A stretch of DNA of 64,000 bases from an uncultured Spirochaetota bacterium (GTDB lineage: Bacteria; Spirochaetota; Spirochaetia; SZUA-6; Fen-1364): positions 160,001 through 224,000 of the forward strand of contig CAWAHW010000004.1 in assembly GCA_963781885.1 (NCBI GenBank). Direction: 5' to 3'. The position numbers were made by a program, and so were the translations under genes. Position 1 is the stretch's first letter; every line of letters begins with the position of its first letter. Below the pieces are notes generated by a model that saw nothing but the letters and a program-made list of their open reading frames with translations, did not search any database and was not told the DNA's origin. Positions 9,286 to 18,561 of the stretch are shown in pieces.

Positions 9286-9635
9286 GCGACCCATCAGGTT
9301 TCGAACCGTTCCCGACGGAAGAGGCTTCTGGACGTCGCTTCTTCTGTGCTGTGCGGCGGGGACAAAGGGAGGTCGCGCACTCCCTCCCCTTCTTTTCGCC
9401 CGTTTGCGGGCGAAAAGACGGCGGCAGCGCTTCCGCGCTGGCGCGGGTTTGTTTGCGCAACAAACAGCGAGAGCCCAGTCGGTACCCCGACAAAAAGACG
9501 CGGGCGGGCCCTTCACATACGAAGGGCGAAAGCCCGCCGGTGAGATACATTGGGGAATGGCGGCGGAGCCGCCATCCATGGACGCCTTGCGCGTTCCAGG
9601 CGCGCCGGGAAGGCACGTACACGGAGGTACGAGGC

Positions 9636-9980
9636 ATGGCAATGGAAATACCGGGGATTCTGAAGACGAACCCCGTCCAGGACGTGCTCCTGAAGGAGGC
9701 GCGGGTGTTGCCCGATCGGCAGCGGCAACCCGAGCAGGCGGAGCAGCGCACGATCTCGCGGCAGGAGATCGAAAGCCAGGCAAAGGCCCTGGAAAAGACG
9801 TTTCTCGCGTTCAACCGGAGGGTGGAGCTCTCTGTCAACGACACCATCAACCAGGTCATCATCAAGGTGGTCGACGCGGAAACCGATAAGGTAATCAAGG
9901 AGATTCCTGCCGAGGAAATCCAGCATCTCATCGCCCGGATCAAGGAGACGATTGGCCTTCTGGTCGATGAAAAGATCTGA
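9636..9980 (+). CDS. flaG: flagellar protein FlaG
   Basis: IIKVVDAETDKVIKEIPAEE...GLLVDEKI signature; lies between flagellin and fliD. Confidence 0.92.
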   Translation: MAMEIPGILKTNPVQDVLLKEARVLPDRQRQPEQAEQRTISRQEIESQAKALEKTFLAFNRRVELSVNDTINQVIIKVVDAETDKVIKEIPAEEIQHLIARIKETIGLLVDEKI

Positions 9981-10015
9981 AATCGACGACTCGGGAGGAA
10001 AAATCGGCATGCGCC

Positions 10016-12046
10016 ATGTCTGACCTTTCCATCCCGGGCGTCACCGACAAGTACAACACCCAAAAAATCATCGATGCGCTGATGACGGCGAAGAAAGAGC
10101 CGCTCACGCGCGTGCAGAAGGACCTCGACACCCAGCAGCAGGAAAAGACCGCCTGGCAGGACGTGACGCGGCAGCTGTCCGGCCTCCGCGACATGGCGCG
10201 CACGCTGTTCGGTTTCCAAAACCCGTTCAACGACAGGGTTGCCTCCTCCGCCTCCGAGTCGACCCTCACGGCGACCGCGACGCGTCAGGCCGTGGAGGAA
10301 ACCAAGAGCATCCTCGTGAAACAGGTCGCCACGGCCGACCGGTTTCTCTCCGCGTCGCTCCCCCGCGACTTCACCGTCGACCCCGGCCAGTACACCTTCC
10401 ACGTCGGCGACAAGGAAGTCTCTCTTGCGTGGAAGGGCGGCTCCCTCAAGGCCTTCGCGGACGCGCTCACGGTGCGAGGAGCAGGCGTTCTCGCCGCCTC
10501 CGTCGTCAACGACACCACCAGCACGCAGGTCCTCCTCGTCGAGGGCAAGCTCACCGGGGGCACCAACCGGCTCACCTTTCTGGATAAGTCAGTCGATCTT
10601 GCGGTGAAAGCGGGCATGCTTCAGCGCTCCGCCACCGCGGCGCGCAGCCTGACGCTCAACCCGAGCGCCGTGGCAGCCTGGACGACTCCCCTGGCGGCGA
10701 ATGGCTTCCAGGTGCAGAACGGGACCCTTGTGGTGAACCCGGGCCAGGAGCTGAAGATACCGCTGAATCCTGCCATGTCCTTGAATCCGAACATGGTACT
10801 GGAGCTCTCCGTCAAGGTGGAGAAGCTTCCCGAGACGCCCGTGGAAGTGCCGACGCCGCCACCGGGACCGACGGTCCCCGGCACGGGCGGCATCGATTTC
10901 CAGGGCATCCATATCGAAAGCGGCACCTCCCGCGCCCCCCTGCCGGAATGGAACCCGCCGAAGCCGCCCGAAGTCGTGAATGACCTGAAGGCCCTTTTCA
11001 TGGAGGCGGACGGCAAGGTGGTCCCGCTGCCGGACGTCCCGGACAACACCGACTTCCAGAAGATACAGGTCCCAGTGGGCACGCTCGCCGCGACCCTTTC
11101 TTCCATCGACGTGCGCAACCGGAACACGTATCGCGCGATCGACATCAAAGACATCTCGGTCTTCGACAAGACACAGCGCGGCGACTACGTGCCGGCAAAG
11201 CCCTTATCGCAGTCGGGTGACGCCGTCATCTCCATGGACGGCGTCGACGTCACGCGCGGCACGAACGCGATCGACGACCTCATTCCCGGCGTCACGCTGA
11301 ACCTGAAAGCGCCCAGCGATTCGCCGGTCCAGCTTTCCATCAAGCATGACACGGAGGGCATCAAAAAGCAGATATTAAACCTCGTGGGAAGCTACGACGG
11401 CATCGTGACGGACATCGACGTACTCACGCGCAAGGATGACACCATCATCTCCGACGCCACCTGGATGAGCGATGACGAAAAGAAAAAGGCCACGGCGAAT
11501 CTCGGCCTCTTCATGGGGGACCTCTCCCTCCAGCAGCTGAAGAGCTCCATGCAGCAGGTCATGATGAATCCCTATCCCACCTCGCTGGGCAACCAGCTCT
11601 CCCTGCTTGCCCAGATCGGCATCTCCACCGACACGCGCGCGCCGGGCTCGGCGGGCATCGACAAGACGCGCCTGCGCGGGTACCTGGACGTGGACGAGCC
11701 GAAGCTCACCGACGCAATCGACCAGCACGCGGAGGCCATCAAGCAGCTCTTCGGCAACGACACGACCGGCGACCTGGTCGTGGATTCGGGCGTGGCCTTC
11801 CGGCTCGACGCGCTGCTGCGGCCCTACGTGGAGACGGGGGGCATCCTTCCCCAGCGCGCGACGACGCTCGACGAGCAGATCGCCGATTCCAAGAAGCAGA
11901 TCACGAGCCTCCAGGCAAAGCTCGATTCCGACCTTGCCGACCTGAAAAAAAAGTACGCGCAGATGGGAAGCGCCCTGGATTCACTCCAGCAGAACTCCAA
12001 TTCGATCCAGAACTTCAACAAGCAGAACAGCGCAAGCGGCCAGTAG
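10016..12046 (+). CDS. fliD: flagellar filament cap protein FliD
   Basis: KIIDALMTAKK N-domain, VKQVA, NAIDDLIPGVTLNL, LKKKYAQMGSAL C-terminus; 676 aa with spirochete-type insertion. Confidence 0.93.
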   Translation: MSDLSIPGVTDKYNTQKIIDALMTAKKEPLTRVQKDLDTQQQEKTAWQDVTRQLSGLRDMARTLFGFQNPFNDRVASSASESTLTATATRQAVEETKSILVKQVATADRFLSASLPRDFTVDPGQYTFHVGDKEVSLAWKGGSLKAFADALTVRGAGVLAASVVNDTTSTQVLLVEGKLTGGTNRLTFLDKSVDLAVKAGMLQRSATAARSLTLNPSAVAAWTTPLAANGFQVQNGTLVVNPGQELKIPLNPAMSLNPNMVLELSVKVEKLPETPVEVPTPPPGPTVPGTGGIDFQGIHIESGTSRAPLPEWNPPKPPEVVNDLKALFMEADGKVVPLPDVPDNTDFQKIQVPVGTLAATLSSIDVRNRNTYRAIDIKDISVFDKTQRGDYVPAKPLSQSGDAVISMDGVDVTRGTNAIDDLIPGVTLNLKAPSDSPVQLSIKHDTEGIKKQILNLVGSYDGIVTDIDVLTRKDDTIISDATWMSDDEKKKATANLGLFMGDLSLQQLKSSMQQVMMNPYPTSLGNQLSLLAQIGISTDTRAPGSAGIDKTRLRGYLDVDEPKLTDAIDQHAEAIKQLFGNDTTGDLVVDSGVAFRLDALLRPYVETGGILPQRATTLDEQIADSKKQITSLQAKLDSDLADLKKKYAQMGSALDSLQQNSNSIQNFNKQNSASGQ

Positions 12047-12056
12047 GAGGAGGGAC

Positions 12057-12917
12057 GTGCACCTGAGCATCAACGATCAGGAGGTGAGCTACTCCCTGGA
12101 GACGGAGAAGACCCTCGGGGAGGCGGTCCGCGGCGTGCGGGCGTGGCTCGCCACGGCGGGCTTTTCCGTGACGGGCATGAGCGCGGACGGACGCGACCTG
12201 CTTGCCGGCGGCGATGACGCCTGGGCGCGGCAGGAAATCGCCGCCGTGAAGACGCTTTCCGTACGCGCGACGCACACGGGAGAGATGAAGCTCGCCCACT
12301 GGCGGACAATCGATGCGTGGCTCTCCATGATCGAGACGGAAGCGAGGGGGGTCACGCACGGCGACGGTATCGTCATGCGGGACCTGCTTTCCGATCTGCC
12401 CCGGACGCTGGAGGGCTTCCGCGCGAACCCCTTTCTGCCGCCGGGCTCCGACCTCGTGAAGCGATTCGAATCGCTCTTCGCGGACCCCGCCGCCGCGTTC
12501 TCTCCGGAGCGCCGCGCCGAGGCGCTCACGCTGGTCGGCGCGCTCCGCGCCGCGGTCAAACGGCGCATCGAGGAAGCCACTCATTCCGCGGAGACCCTTT
12601 CCCGCTGCGCGGCGCGGATGCGGGAGACCGTCGCGGCCCTGCGCGACGTCTCGGTGTTGCTCCAGACGGGCAAGGACAAGGCGGCGATGGACGCCGTGAT
12701 CGGGTTCACCGACGTCGCCCAAGCGGTGATCGACGTCCTGCCCTTCTGCCCGCCGGATCCCGGGCGCGCGCGCCTCATCGCGGAGCTCACCCCCATCCTG
12801 CGCGACCTCGTGGCCGCCTTCGACGCGCGGGACACCGTGCTGATCGGCGACCTCCTGGAATATGAGATCGCCCCGCGCGCGGAAAAACTGGCCCCGCTCC
12901 TGGAGGCTTCCCCATGA
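12057..12917 (+). CDS. hypothetical protein downstream of fliD
   Basis: GTG start behind AGGAGG; C-terminal DTVLIGDLLEYEIAP; overlaps next ATG by 4 nt. Confidence 0.75.
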   Translation: MHLSINDQEVSYSLETEKTLGEAVRGVRAWLATAGFSVTGMSADGRDLLAGGDDAWARQEIAAVKTLSVRATHTGEMKLAHWRTIDAWLSMIETEARGVTHGDGIVMRDLLSDLPRTLEGFRANPFLPPGSDLVKRFESLFADPAAAFSPERRAEALTLVGALRAAVKRRIEEATHSAETLSRCAARMRETVAALRDVSVLLQTGKDKAAMDAVIGFTDVAQAVIDVLPFCPPDPGRARLIAELTPILRDLVAAFDARDTVLIGDLLEYEIAPRAEKLAPLLEASP

Positions 12918-14098
12918 TCCTTCTGCAGACCAGCATGGTCCTCCGCACCACCGACCCGCGGATGCTCCTTGCCTTCGGGGTGGCCATCGTCGCCCTCACC
13001 ATCTTCCTCGTGGTCGGGGCGATGATCTCCCGCCGCTCGCGGCCGCGCTCCGCCGCGGACATGGAGAAGTACTCCAGCGCCGTCTTCCGCCGCACGGGCA
13101 AGGCCCTCGGCCTCTCCAACCCGCACATCGATCTCCTGGAAAACCTCGTCCGCATCTGCAAGGTGAAGCAGCCGATGCTGATCTTTTCCAGCGCGAGTCT
13201 CCTGGACGACACCCTGAAGAAGGGGCTGTACTCGGTGGACAACCAGCGCGACCTCGCCGAAGAGCAGCGGGAGAACCGCAAGGCCTTGATATTCCAGATC
13301 AAGCAGATCATCGAGCGCAACGCGCGGCGCGGCGCGGTCCTGCGCTCGACGACGTTCCTGAAGCCCGGGCAGCTCCTCTCCCTGAAGCCGGAATCCGGCG
13401 GGCAGTTCTCCAGCAAGGTCATCTCCAACATGAAGGATTTCCTCACCGTCTCCACGCCCGCCCAGCCGACGGGGGTCGACGCGCGGTGGGCGCGCGGCAC
13501 GAAGGTATCCGTGTATTTCTGGCGCGACAACGACGCCGGCTATACCTTCGTCTCCAAGGTGCTGGGCTACGACACGGTGAAGGGCGTCTCCAGCGTGCTG
13601 ATTCAGCATTCCAAGACGCTGCGGCGCGAACAGCGGCGGCGCAGCAGGCGGCGGGAGATCATGCGCGCCTGCTTCTATTACCCCATCAAGATCGTTGAGA
13701 CCGGCCAGGGGAGAAAGGCGGAGCGCAAGGCATCGGTGGAGCAGAACATGCGCACGCTGGGCACCGTCGTGGACCTTTCCGCGGGCGGCTGCGCCATCCA
13801 GGCGATGAGCCCGTTCGACAAGGGCAAGCTCGTGATGGTCGAGTTCGACATCGACAGGAAGGCCCCCATCCGCGCGTTCGGCAAGGTCATGCACATCCAT
13901 CGCCAGAAAGGCCGGGGCGGCATCATGCACGTCATGTTCACGCGCGTCACGCGCCAGTACCTCAACCGCATCAGCGAGTTCGTCTATGACTTCAGCAGGC
14001 CCGCCACCGTCGCCCAGGCGCGGCAGCAGATGGACCGCACGATTCCCGGGCGCGGGAGCGTGCCCACGGGCGGGTCGCGCTTCCCCACCCGCTCGTGA
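12914..14098 (+). CDS. membrane-anchored PilZ-domain protein (YcgR/flagellar-brake-like)
   Basis: N-terminal TM helix; QRRRSRR and DLSAGG PilZ motifs. Confidence 0.82.
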   Translation: MILLQTSMVLRTTDPRMLLAFGVAIVALTIFLVVGAMISRRSRPRSAADMEKYSSAVFRRTGKALGLSNPHIDLLENLVRICKVKQPMLIFSSASLLDDTLKKGLYSVDNQRDLAEEQRENRKALIFQIKQIIERNARRGAVLRSTTFLKPGQLLSLKPESGGQFSSKVISNMKDFLTVSTPAQPTGVDARWARGTKVSVYFWRDNDAGYTFVSKVLGYDTVKGVSSVLIQHSKTLRREQRRRSRRREIMRACFYYPIKIVETGQGRKAERKASVEQNMRTLGTVVDLSAGGCAIQAMSPFDKGKLVMVEFDIDRKAPIRAFGKVMHIHRQKGRGGIMHVMFTRVTRQYLNRISEFVYDFSRPATVAQARQQMDRTIPGRGSVPTGGSRFPTRS

Positions 14099-14129
14099 CG
14101 CGGCGGCAGGCCCCGCCCATGCCCCCGCG

Positions 14130-14158
14130 TTGACCCTCACCATTCTTTGCACTACGCT
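14130..14158 (+). promoter_or_regulatory. sigma70-type promoter of tsaE (possibly leaderless)
   Basis: TTGACC-17 nt-TACGCT; GTG lies 7 nt downstream. Confidence 0.5.
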
Positions 14159-14165
14159 GACACCC

Positions 14166-14666
14166 GTGAGCGTGAATGCCCCTGAGCGCAGCGGCTGCTC
14201 CCAAGGTTCCGGGCGGGGCTGGCCGCACCTGTTTCACAGCGCGAGCGCCGCAGAGACCATGGAAGCCGGCGAGCGCCTGGGCGCGCTCATGGCAAAGGAG
14301 TATCCCGACGGCGTCGCGGCGCTGCTCGTCGGCCCGCTTGGCGCGGGCAAGACGGTGATGGCAAAGGGCATCGCGAAGGGCCTTGGCGTCCAGGATCCCG
14401 TCATCAGCCCCACGTACACCATCATCTCGGAGTACCGCGGCAGTGCCGGCACGCTCCACCACGTCGATCTCTACCGCATCGAGGGCCGCGAGCAGATGGA
14501 GAATCTCGGACTGGAGGACATCCTCAGCGGCGGCGGCTACGTGATCGTGGAGTGGGGGGAGAAGCTCCTGCCCACGCTCCCCGTCCCGACGCCGTACCTC
14601 AGGGTCACGTTGTCGATGGTGACAAGCGATCAGCGCGAGATCCGCACGGAAGAGGTCTCGGCATGA
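14166..14666 (+). CDS. tsaE: tRNA threonylcarbamoyladenosine biosynthesis ATPase TsaE
   Basis: GPLGAGKT, SPTYTI, HVDLYRI, IVEW. Start codon uncertain. Confidence 0.93.
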   Translation: MSVNAPERSGCSQGSGRGWPHLFHSASAAETMEAGERLGALMAKEYPDGVAALLVGPLGAGKTVMAKGIAKGLGVQDPVISPTYTIISEYRGSAGTLHHVDLYRIEGREQMENLGLEDILSGGGYVIVEWGEKLLPTLPVPTPYLRVTLSMVTSDQREIRTEEVSA

Positions 14667-15325
14667 ACGTGCTGGCCATCGACACCGCAACCGAGGTGCT
14701 CGCTTTGAGTGCGCTCCGCGGAGAGACGTGGGCGACGCTCAGCGTGAATCGGGGTCTCCAGCATTCACCTGCCCTCCTGCCGCAGGCGGAGGCCCTTCTG
14801 GGACACCTGGGCATGACGGCCGCGGACCTCCAGCTCATCGTCTGCTCGCTCGGGCCGGGATCCTTTACCGGCATACGCATCGGATTGGCCACGGCAATGG
14901 GAATCGGCGAGGCGCGGGCCATCCCGGTCATCGGCGTATCGACGCTGGACGCCATTGCCCTGCCATGGGCCGGGCGCGACGGGGACATCCTCCCCGTGAT
15001 CGACGCGCGCAAGGGCCGCATCTACACGGCGTTGTACCGGGCGGGGGTCCGCGAAGGGGACTACCGCGACATTTCGCCCGAAGAGCTCGGTGCCGTGATT
15101 GCCGGCGCACGCGCCCCCCTGCTTGCCGGTCCTGACGCGCTGCGCATCCGCGCCCTCCTGCCGGCCGCCTGGCAGGCCATGCCTGCGGTGGACTTCCTCG
15201 ATCCACGCGGCCTCCTCCGCCTGGGCATGGAGGCGTACCGCGTCAAGGGCGCGGGGGATGGAGTTCTCCAGCCGCTCTACCTGCGAAAGAGTGAAGCAGA
15301 GCTGATGTTCGGAAAAAACAAATGA
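14663..15325 (+). CDS. tsaB: tRNA threonylcarbamoyladenosine biosynthesis protein TsaB
   Basis: MNVLAIDTAT, GPGSFTGIRIG, IDARKG, PLYLR. Confidence 0.95.
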   Translation: MNVLAIDTATEVLALSALRGETWATLSVNRGLQHSPALLPQAEALLGHLGMTAADLQLIVCSLGPGSFTGIRIGLATAMGIGEARAIPVIGVSTLDAIALPWAGRDGDILPVIDARKGRIYTALYRAGVREGDYRDISPEELGAVIAGARAPLLAGPDALRIRALLPAAWQAMPAVDFLDPRGLLRLGMEAYRVKGAGDGVLQPLYLRKSEAELMFGKNK

Positions 15326-16464
15326 GTGACACGCAGAAGGACAAGGGCAAAGAGGCGCCCGCAACGCCGCTCGGAGCGGAGCCGGTCGAGGAAGCCGAAG
15401 AGGTCGTCGAGGCGGGCGTCGATCTGCAGGAGCTGGAAACGCTCGATCTCGAACAGGAGGCGCCCGCCGCCGCGGAGCGGAACGACCTCGCAGAGTTCGC
15501 CGTCTGGAAGAGCTGCCATTTGAACGAGACGATTCCCGGCCTCTACCTGGACCGCAGCCTGCGCATCCTCGAGGCGAACGCGAGCTTCTGCAATATGTTC
15601 GGCTGCGAACCCAAGGTCGCCGGCGTCTACTTCACCCAGTTCTTCGCGCCGTCATTCAATGAGGCGAAGAGCGCGGAGCTTTTCCGCGCCGTCCTCTCGC
15701 CCGCGACCGGCTACGAATGGCGCGGCAAGGTCGAAAAGATCGGCATGGACCAGCTCCTCACGGTTTCCAAGGTCTGGATCATGCCGATGAATGTCCCTCC
15801 GGGCTCGCCGCCGCGCTCCTACAGCGCCGTCTGCCTCGACATGACCGACGAGCACCGCCAGCTCCTGCAGAGCACGTTCACGAGCCTGCTGGGCGCGGCG
15901 AGGCTCAAGGACAACGACACCGGCAACCACATCGAGCGGGTCAACCGCTACGCCCGCGTGCTGGCGCAGGACCTGCTCGCGCAGGGGATGCCGGGCGTCG
16001 ACCGCGAGTTCGTGGAGAGCATCGGGCTGGTGGCGGCCCTGCACGACGTCGGCAAGATCGGGACGCCGGACGATATCCTCAACAAGGCGGGCCAGCTCGA
16101 GGCATGGGAGTGGGACGTGATGAAGCAGCACACGACCAACGGTGCCTACATCCTCTCCACGTATCCCAACCCCATGGCCCGGGAAATCGCGCTGCGCCAC
16201 CACGAGCGCTGGGACGGGACGGGCTACCCGCACGGTCTCAGCCAGGACCTCATTCCCCTTGCGGCGCGCATCGTGGCGGTCGCGGACGTCTACGACGCTC
16301 TGCGTATGCGCCGCACGTACAAGGACCCTTACACGCACGAAGCAGCGGTGAAGAACATGACGGGGGAGCGAGGAACGCATTTCGATGCTGCGCTGGTCGA
16401 CCGATTCCTGGCCATATCGGACAGTTTCCAGGCTATTTTCAGCGATCTCGCGGACGCGCAGTAG
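15322..16464 (+). CDS. PAS + HD-GYP domain c-di-GMP phosphodiesterase
   Basis: TGNHIERV, LHDVGKIG, HHERWDGTGYP, VADVYDAL; PAS-like ILEANASFC. Confidence 0.9.
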   Translation: MSDTQKDKGKEAPATPLGAEPVEEAEEVVEAGVDLQELETLDLEQEAPAAAERNDLAEFAVWKSCHLNETIPGLYLDRSLRILEANASFCNMFGCEPKVAGVYFTQFFAPSFNEAKSAELFRAVLSPATGYEWRGKVEKIGMDQLLTVSKVWIMPMNVPPGSPPRSYSAVCLDMTDEHRQLLQSTFTSLLGAARLKDNDTGNHIERVNRYARVLAQDLLAQGMPGVDREFVESIGLVAALHDVGKIGTPDDILNKAGQLEAWEWDVMKQHTTNGAYILSTYPNPMAREIALRHHERWDGTGYPHGLSQDLIPLAARIVAVADVYDALRMRRTYKDPYTHEAAVKNMTGERGTHFDAALVDRFLAISDSFQAIFSDLADAQ

Positions 16465-16467
16465 CGT

Positions 16468-16570
16468 AATGCCACGGATTACCGTGGCCGGCGTAATGCC
16501 ACGCTCGGCCTTTCGGGCGTCCCTGCCTCGGCCGAGCTCGCCGTCCCTGGCTATGGACTACCGTGGCCGG
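16468..16570. repeat. divergent copies of the hairpin repeat family at the convergent HD-GYP/csrA junction
   Basis: AATGCCACGG-ATTA-CCGTGGCCG (16468-16490), partial AATGCCACG (16495-16503), and GCTATGG-ACTA-CCGTGGC-CGG overlapping the csrA stop. Confidence 0.8.
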
Positions 16571-16848
16571 GACGGGGGCAAATCGCCAGAACCGCCAGGA
16601 GCGGGCGGCGCGCCGGGGGCCGCCGGCGGGAGAAGGCCTTCAAGCCGGGGAATATCCTGGGGTGCCGCCGCGGCAGCCGCGCGGTTCTCCTCCTGGATCG
16701 CGACGTAGACTTCCTTGCGATACACCTTGACCTGCGGCGGCGCCTTGATCCCCATCTTCACCTGGTCGCCCTTGATGTCGACGACGGAGATCTCCACCTG
16801 GTCGCCGATCATGATGCTTTCGCCGATGCGGCGGGCAAGAATCAGCAT
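16558..16848 (-). CDS. csrA: carbon storage regulator CsrA
   Basis: [16 protein letters not shown]...[16 protein letters not shown]; downstream of fliW. Confidence 0.97.
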   Translation of the reverse strand: MLILARRIGESIMIGDQVEISVVDIKGDQVKMGIKAPPQVKVYRKEVYVAIQEENRAAAAAAPQDIPRLEGLLPPAAPGAPPAPGGSGDLPPSRPR

Positions 16849-17294
16849 GCGGCTCCCTGGCGCGCCGCCGCGAGCTCATCCTGGATGACGTGGCGCACGC
16901 CCCAGCGCGGGTTGATGCTGATGTACTGCCGCCCGACGTGCGTCGCGCGGTTGAGGATGAGGGGTCCCTGGAGATTCGCCGTCATGCGCTGCGCGGTCGC
17001 CGGAATGGTGACGATGGCGAAGACAAGCGCATCGTCCGGCGCGGCAAGGGCGAGCTCTTCCAGCTCCGCCGGATCCACGTCGGGGGTATAGTCCGGGCGG
17101 AAAAAGCGAGGGTCGATGAGGACAAAGGCCACCTCGACGCGCTCCAACGACTGCAGCCAGTAGAAGGGCTGCTGGGCGGCGTCCAGGAGCGCAAAATCGC
17201 GGAGGCTCTCGAATCCGAACAGCCCGCGGGGGAAATCGATCCGCTGGCGGTCCTCGATTTCGATCTCTCCATAGGGTTTCGTGCGTACTTTCAT
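16842..17294 (-). CDS. fliW: flagellar assembly factor FliW
   Basis: [27 protein letters not shown]. Confidence 0.95.
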   Translation of the reverse strand: MKVRTKPYGEIEIEDRQRIDFPRGLFGFESLRDFALLDAAQQPFYWLQSLERVEVAFVLIDPRFFRPDYTPDVDPAELEELALAAPDDALVFAIVTIPATAQRMTANLQGPLILNRATHVGRQYISINPRWGVRHVIQDELAAARQGAAC

Positions 17295-17296
17295 AC

Positions 17297-18547
17297 CTAC
17301 CTCAGGAAGTCCAGAAGCTTCGGCCTGTTCAGCACGCGCGCGGTGGCCGACAGCGCCGCCTCGTGCGTCGTCTCCAGCGTCCGCAGCTGCGTGATGGCGT
17401 CCGCCATGTCCAGGTCCCGCTCCTGCGAATCGAAGCGCACCATCTCGGGCTGCTGGTACTCCAACCGCCGCGACACGGCCTCCAGGCGCGAGTCGCGCGC
17501 GCCGATGGCGCCGATCACGCCCGCGAGATTCGAGAGGGCATTGTCGATGCCGCGGAGACCCGCCCCGCCGACCTTTTCCGTCGATCCCTCGTAGAGATCG
17601 TTGCGGAGACTGATCACCATGTCGAACATCGATCCGCCGAACACGCGCGCGCTGGAGGAGACATTGAGCGGCGGTCGATTCGCGCCCGGGGCAATGATGC
17701 CGAGGTCCTGCAGCACGGTGCCCCCGCCCAGGTCCTCCGCCCAGATCTGGTGCGGGATGGTGGTCTGGAGCACGAGGGCGTTGGTGACCGTGTCCACGGT
17801 CGCCTTGAGGGGCGCGTTGGCATCATTGATCTTCGCCGCGATGGCAGAAACCGTGTCGCCCGGCGAAAGGCGTATCGCCGCGCCGTCCACCCGGATGTCC
17901 GATGCGGTCTGCACGCGGTACTGGCTTGCATCCACGGTGGAGTAGATCTGCTGCTGCTCGGCCCAGAAGGCGATGTTGCCGGGAATGTTCACGCCCACCT
18001 TCGAGCCTTCCGATACCTCCGCGCCGCTCGTGCCGATGTTGCCAAGGTAGTCCACCGAAACAACCATGTCGCCGCTTCCGCCGGGCACCCTTCCGTCCGT
18101 CGTGCGGAATGGCGTGGTCTTTGCAAGCGTTCCCGCAAAGAGCGAGTTGCCGCTCTGGTCCTTCGCATTGGCGATCGTGAGAAGCTCGTCGAGCAGTTGA
18201 TTCACCTCGTCTCCAATGTAGCCCATCTGGGTGGCGTCGAGGGTGCCATTGGCGCCCTGCACGGCGAGCTCCCGGATGCGCTGGAGGATGTCCATGCCGC
18301 TGCGGAGATTTCCTTCCGCGCTGGAAAGTGTGTTGCGCACGCTTTCGATGTTCTTGTCGTAGCGGAGCATGCGCGCGGATTCCGACTGGAAGCGCGTGGA
18401 GCGCGCGGCAGCCAGCGGATCGTCGCGGAGGTCCTTGATCCTCGACTGCGCCCCCATCTTGTTCGACATCTGGTTCATGTCGAACTCCCGGAGCGTCATA
18501 TAGTAGTTGCTGTCGTAGGTCGGCAGCTGTGAGCTGATTCTTTTCAT
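17297..18547 (-). CDS. flgL: flagellar hook-associated protein 3 FlgL
   Basis: LRDDPLAA, RIRELAVQGANGT, DLDMADAITQL, KLLDFLR. Confidence 0.95.
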   Translation of the reverse strand: MKRISSQLPTYDSNYYMTLREFDMNQMSNKMGAQSRIKDLRDDPLAAARSTRFQSESARMLRYDKNIESVRNTLSSAEGNLRSGMDILQRIRELAVQGANGTLDATQMGYIGDEVNQLLDELLTIANAKDQSGNSLFAGTLAKTTPFRTTDGRVPGGSGDMVVSVDYLGNIGTSGAEVSEGSKVGVNIPGNIAFWAEQQQIYSTVDASQYRVQTASDIRVDGAAIRLSPGDTVSAIAAKINDANAPLKATVDTVTNALVLQTTIPHQIWAEDLGGGTVLQDLGIIAPGANRPPLNVSSSARVFGGSMFDMVISLRNDLYEGSTEKVGGAGLRGIDNALSNLAGVIGAIGARDSRLEAVSRRLEYQQPEMVRFDSQERDLDMADAITQLRTLETTHEAALSATARVLNRPKLLDFLR

Positions 18548-18561
18548 GTCTTCTCCTCTCC

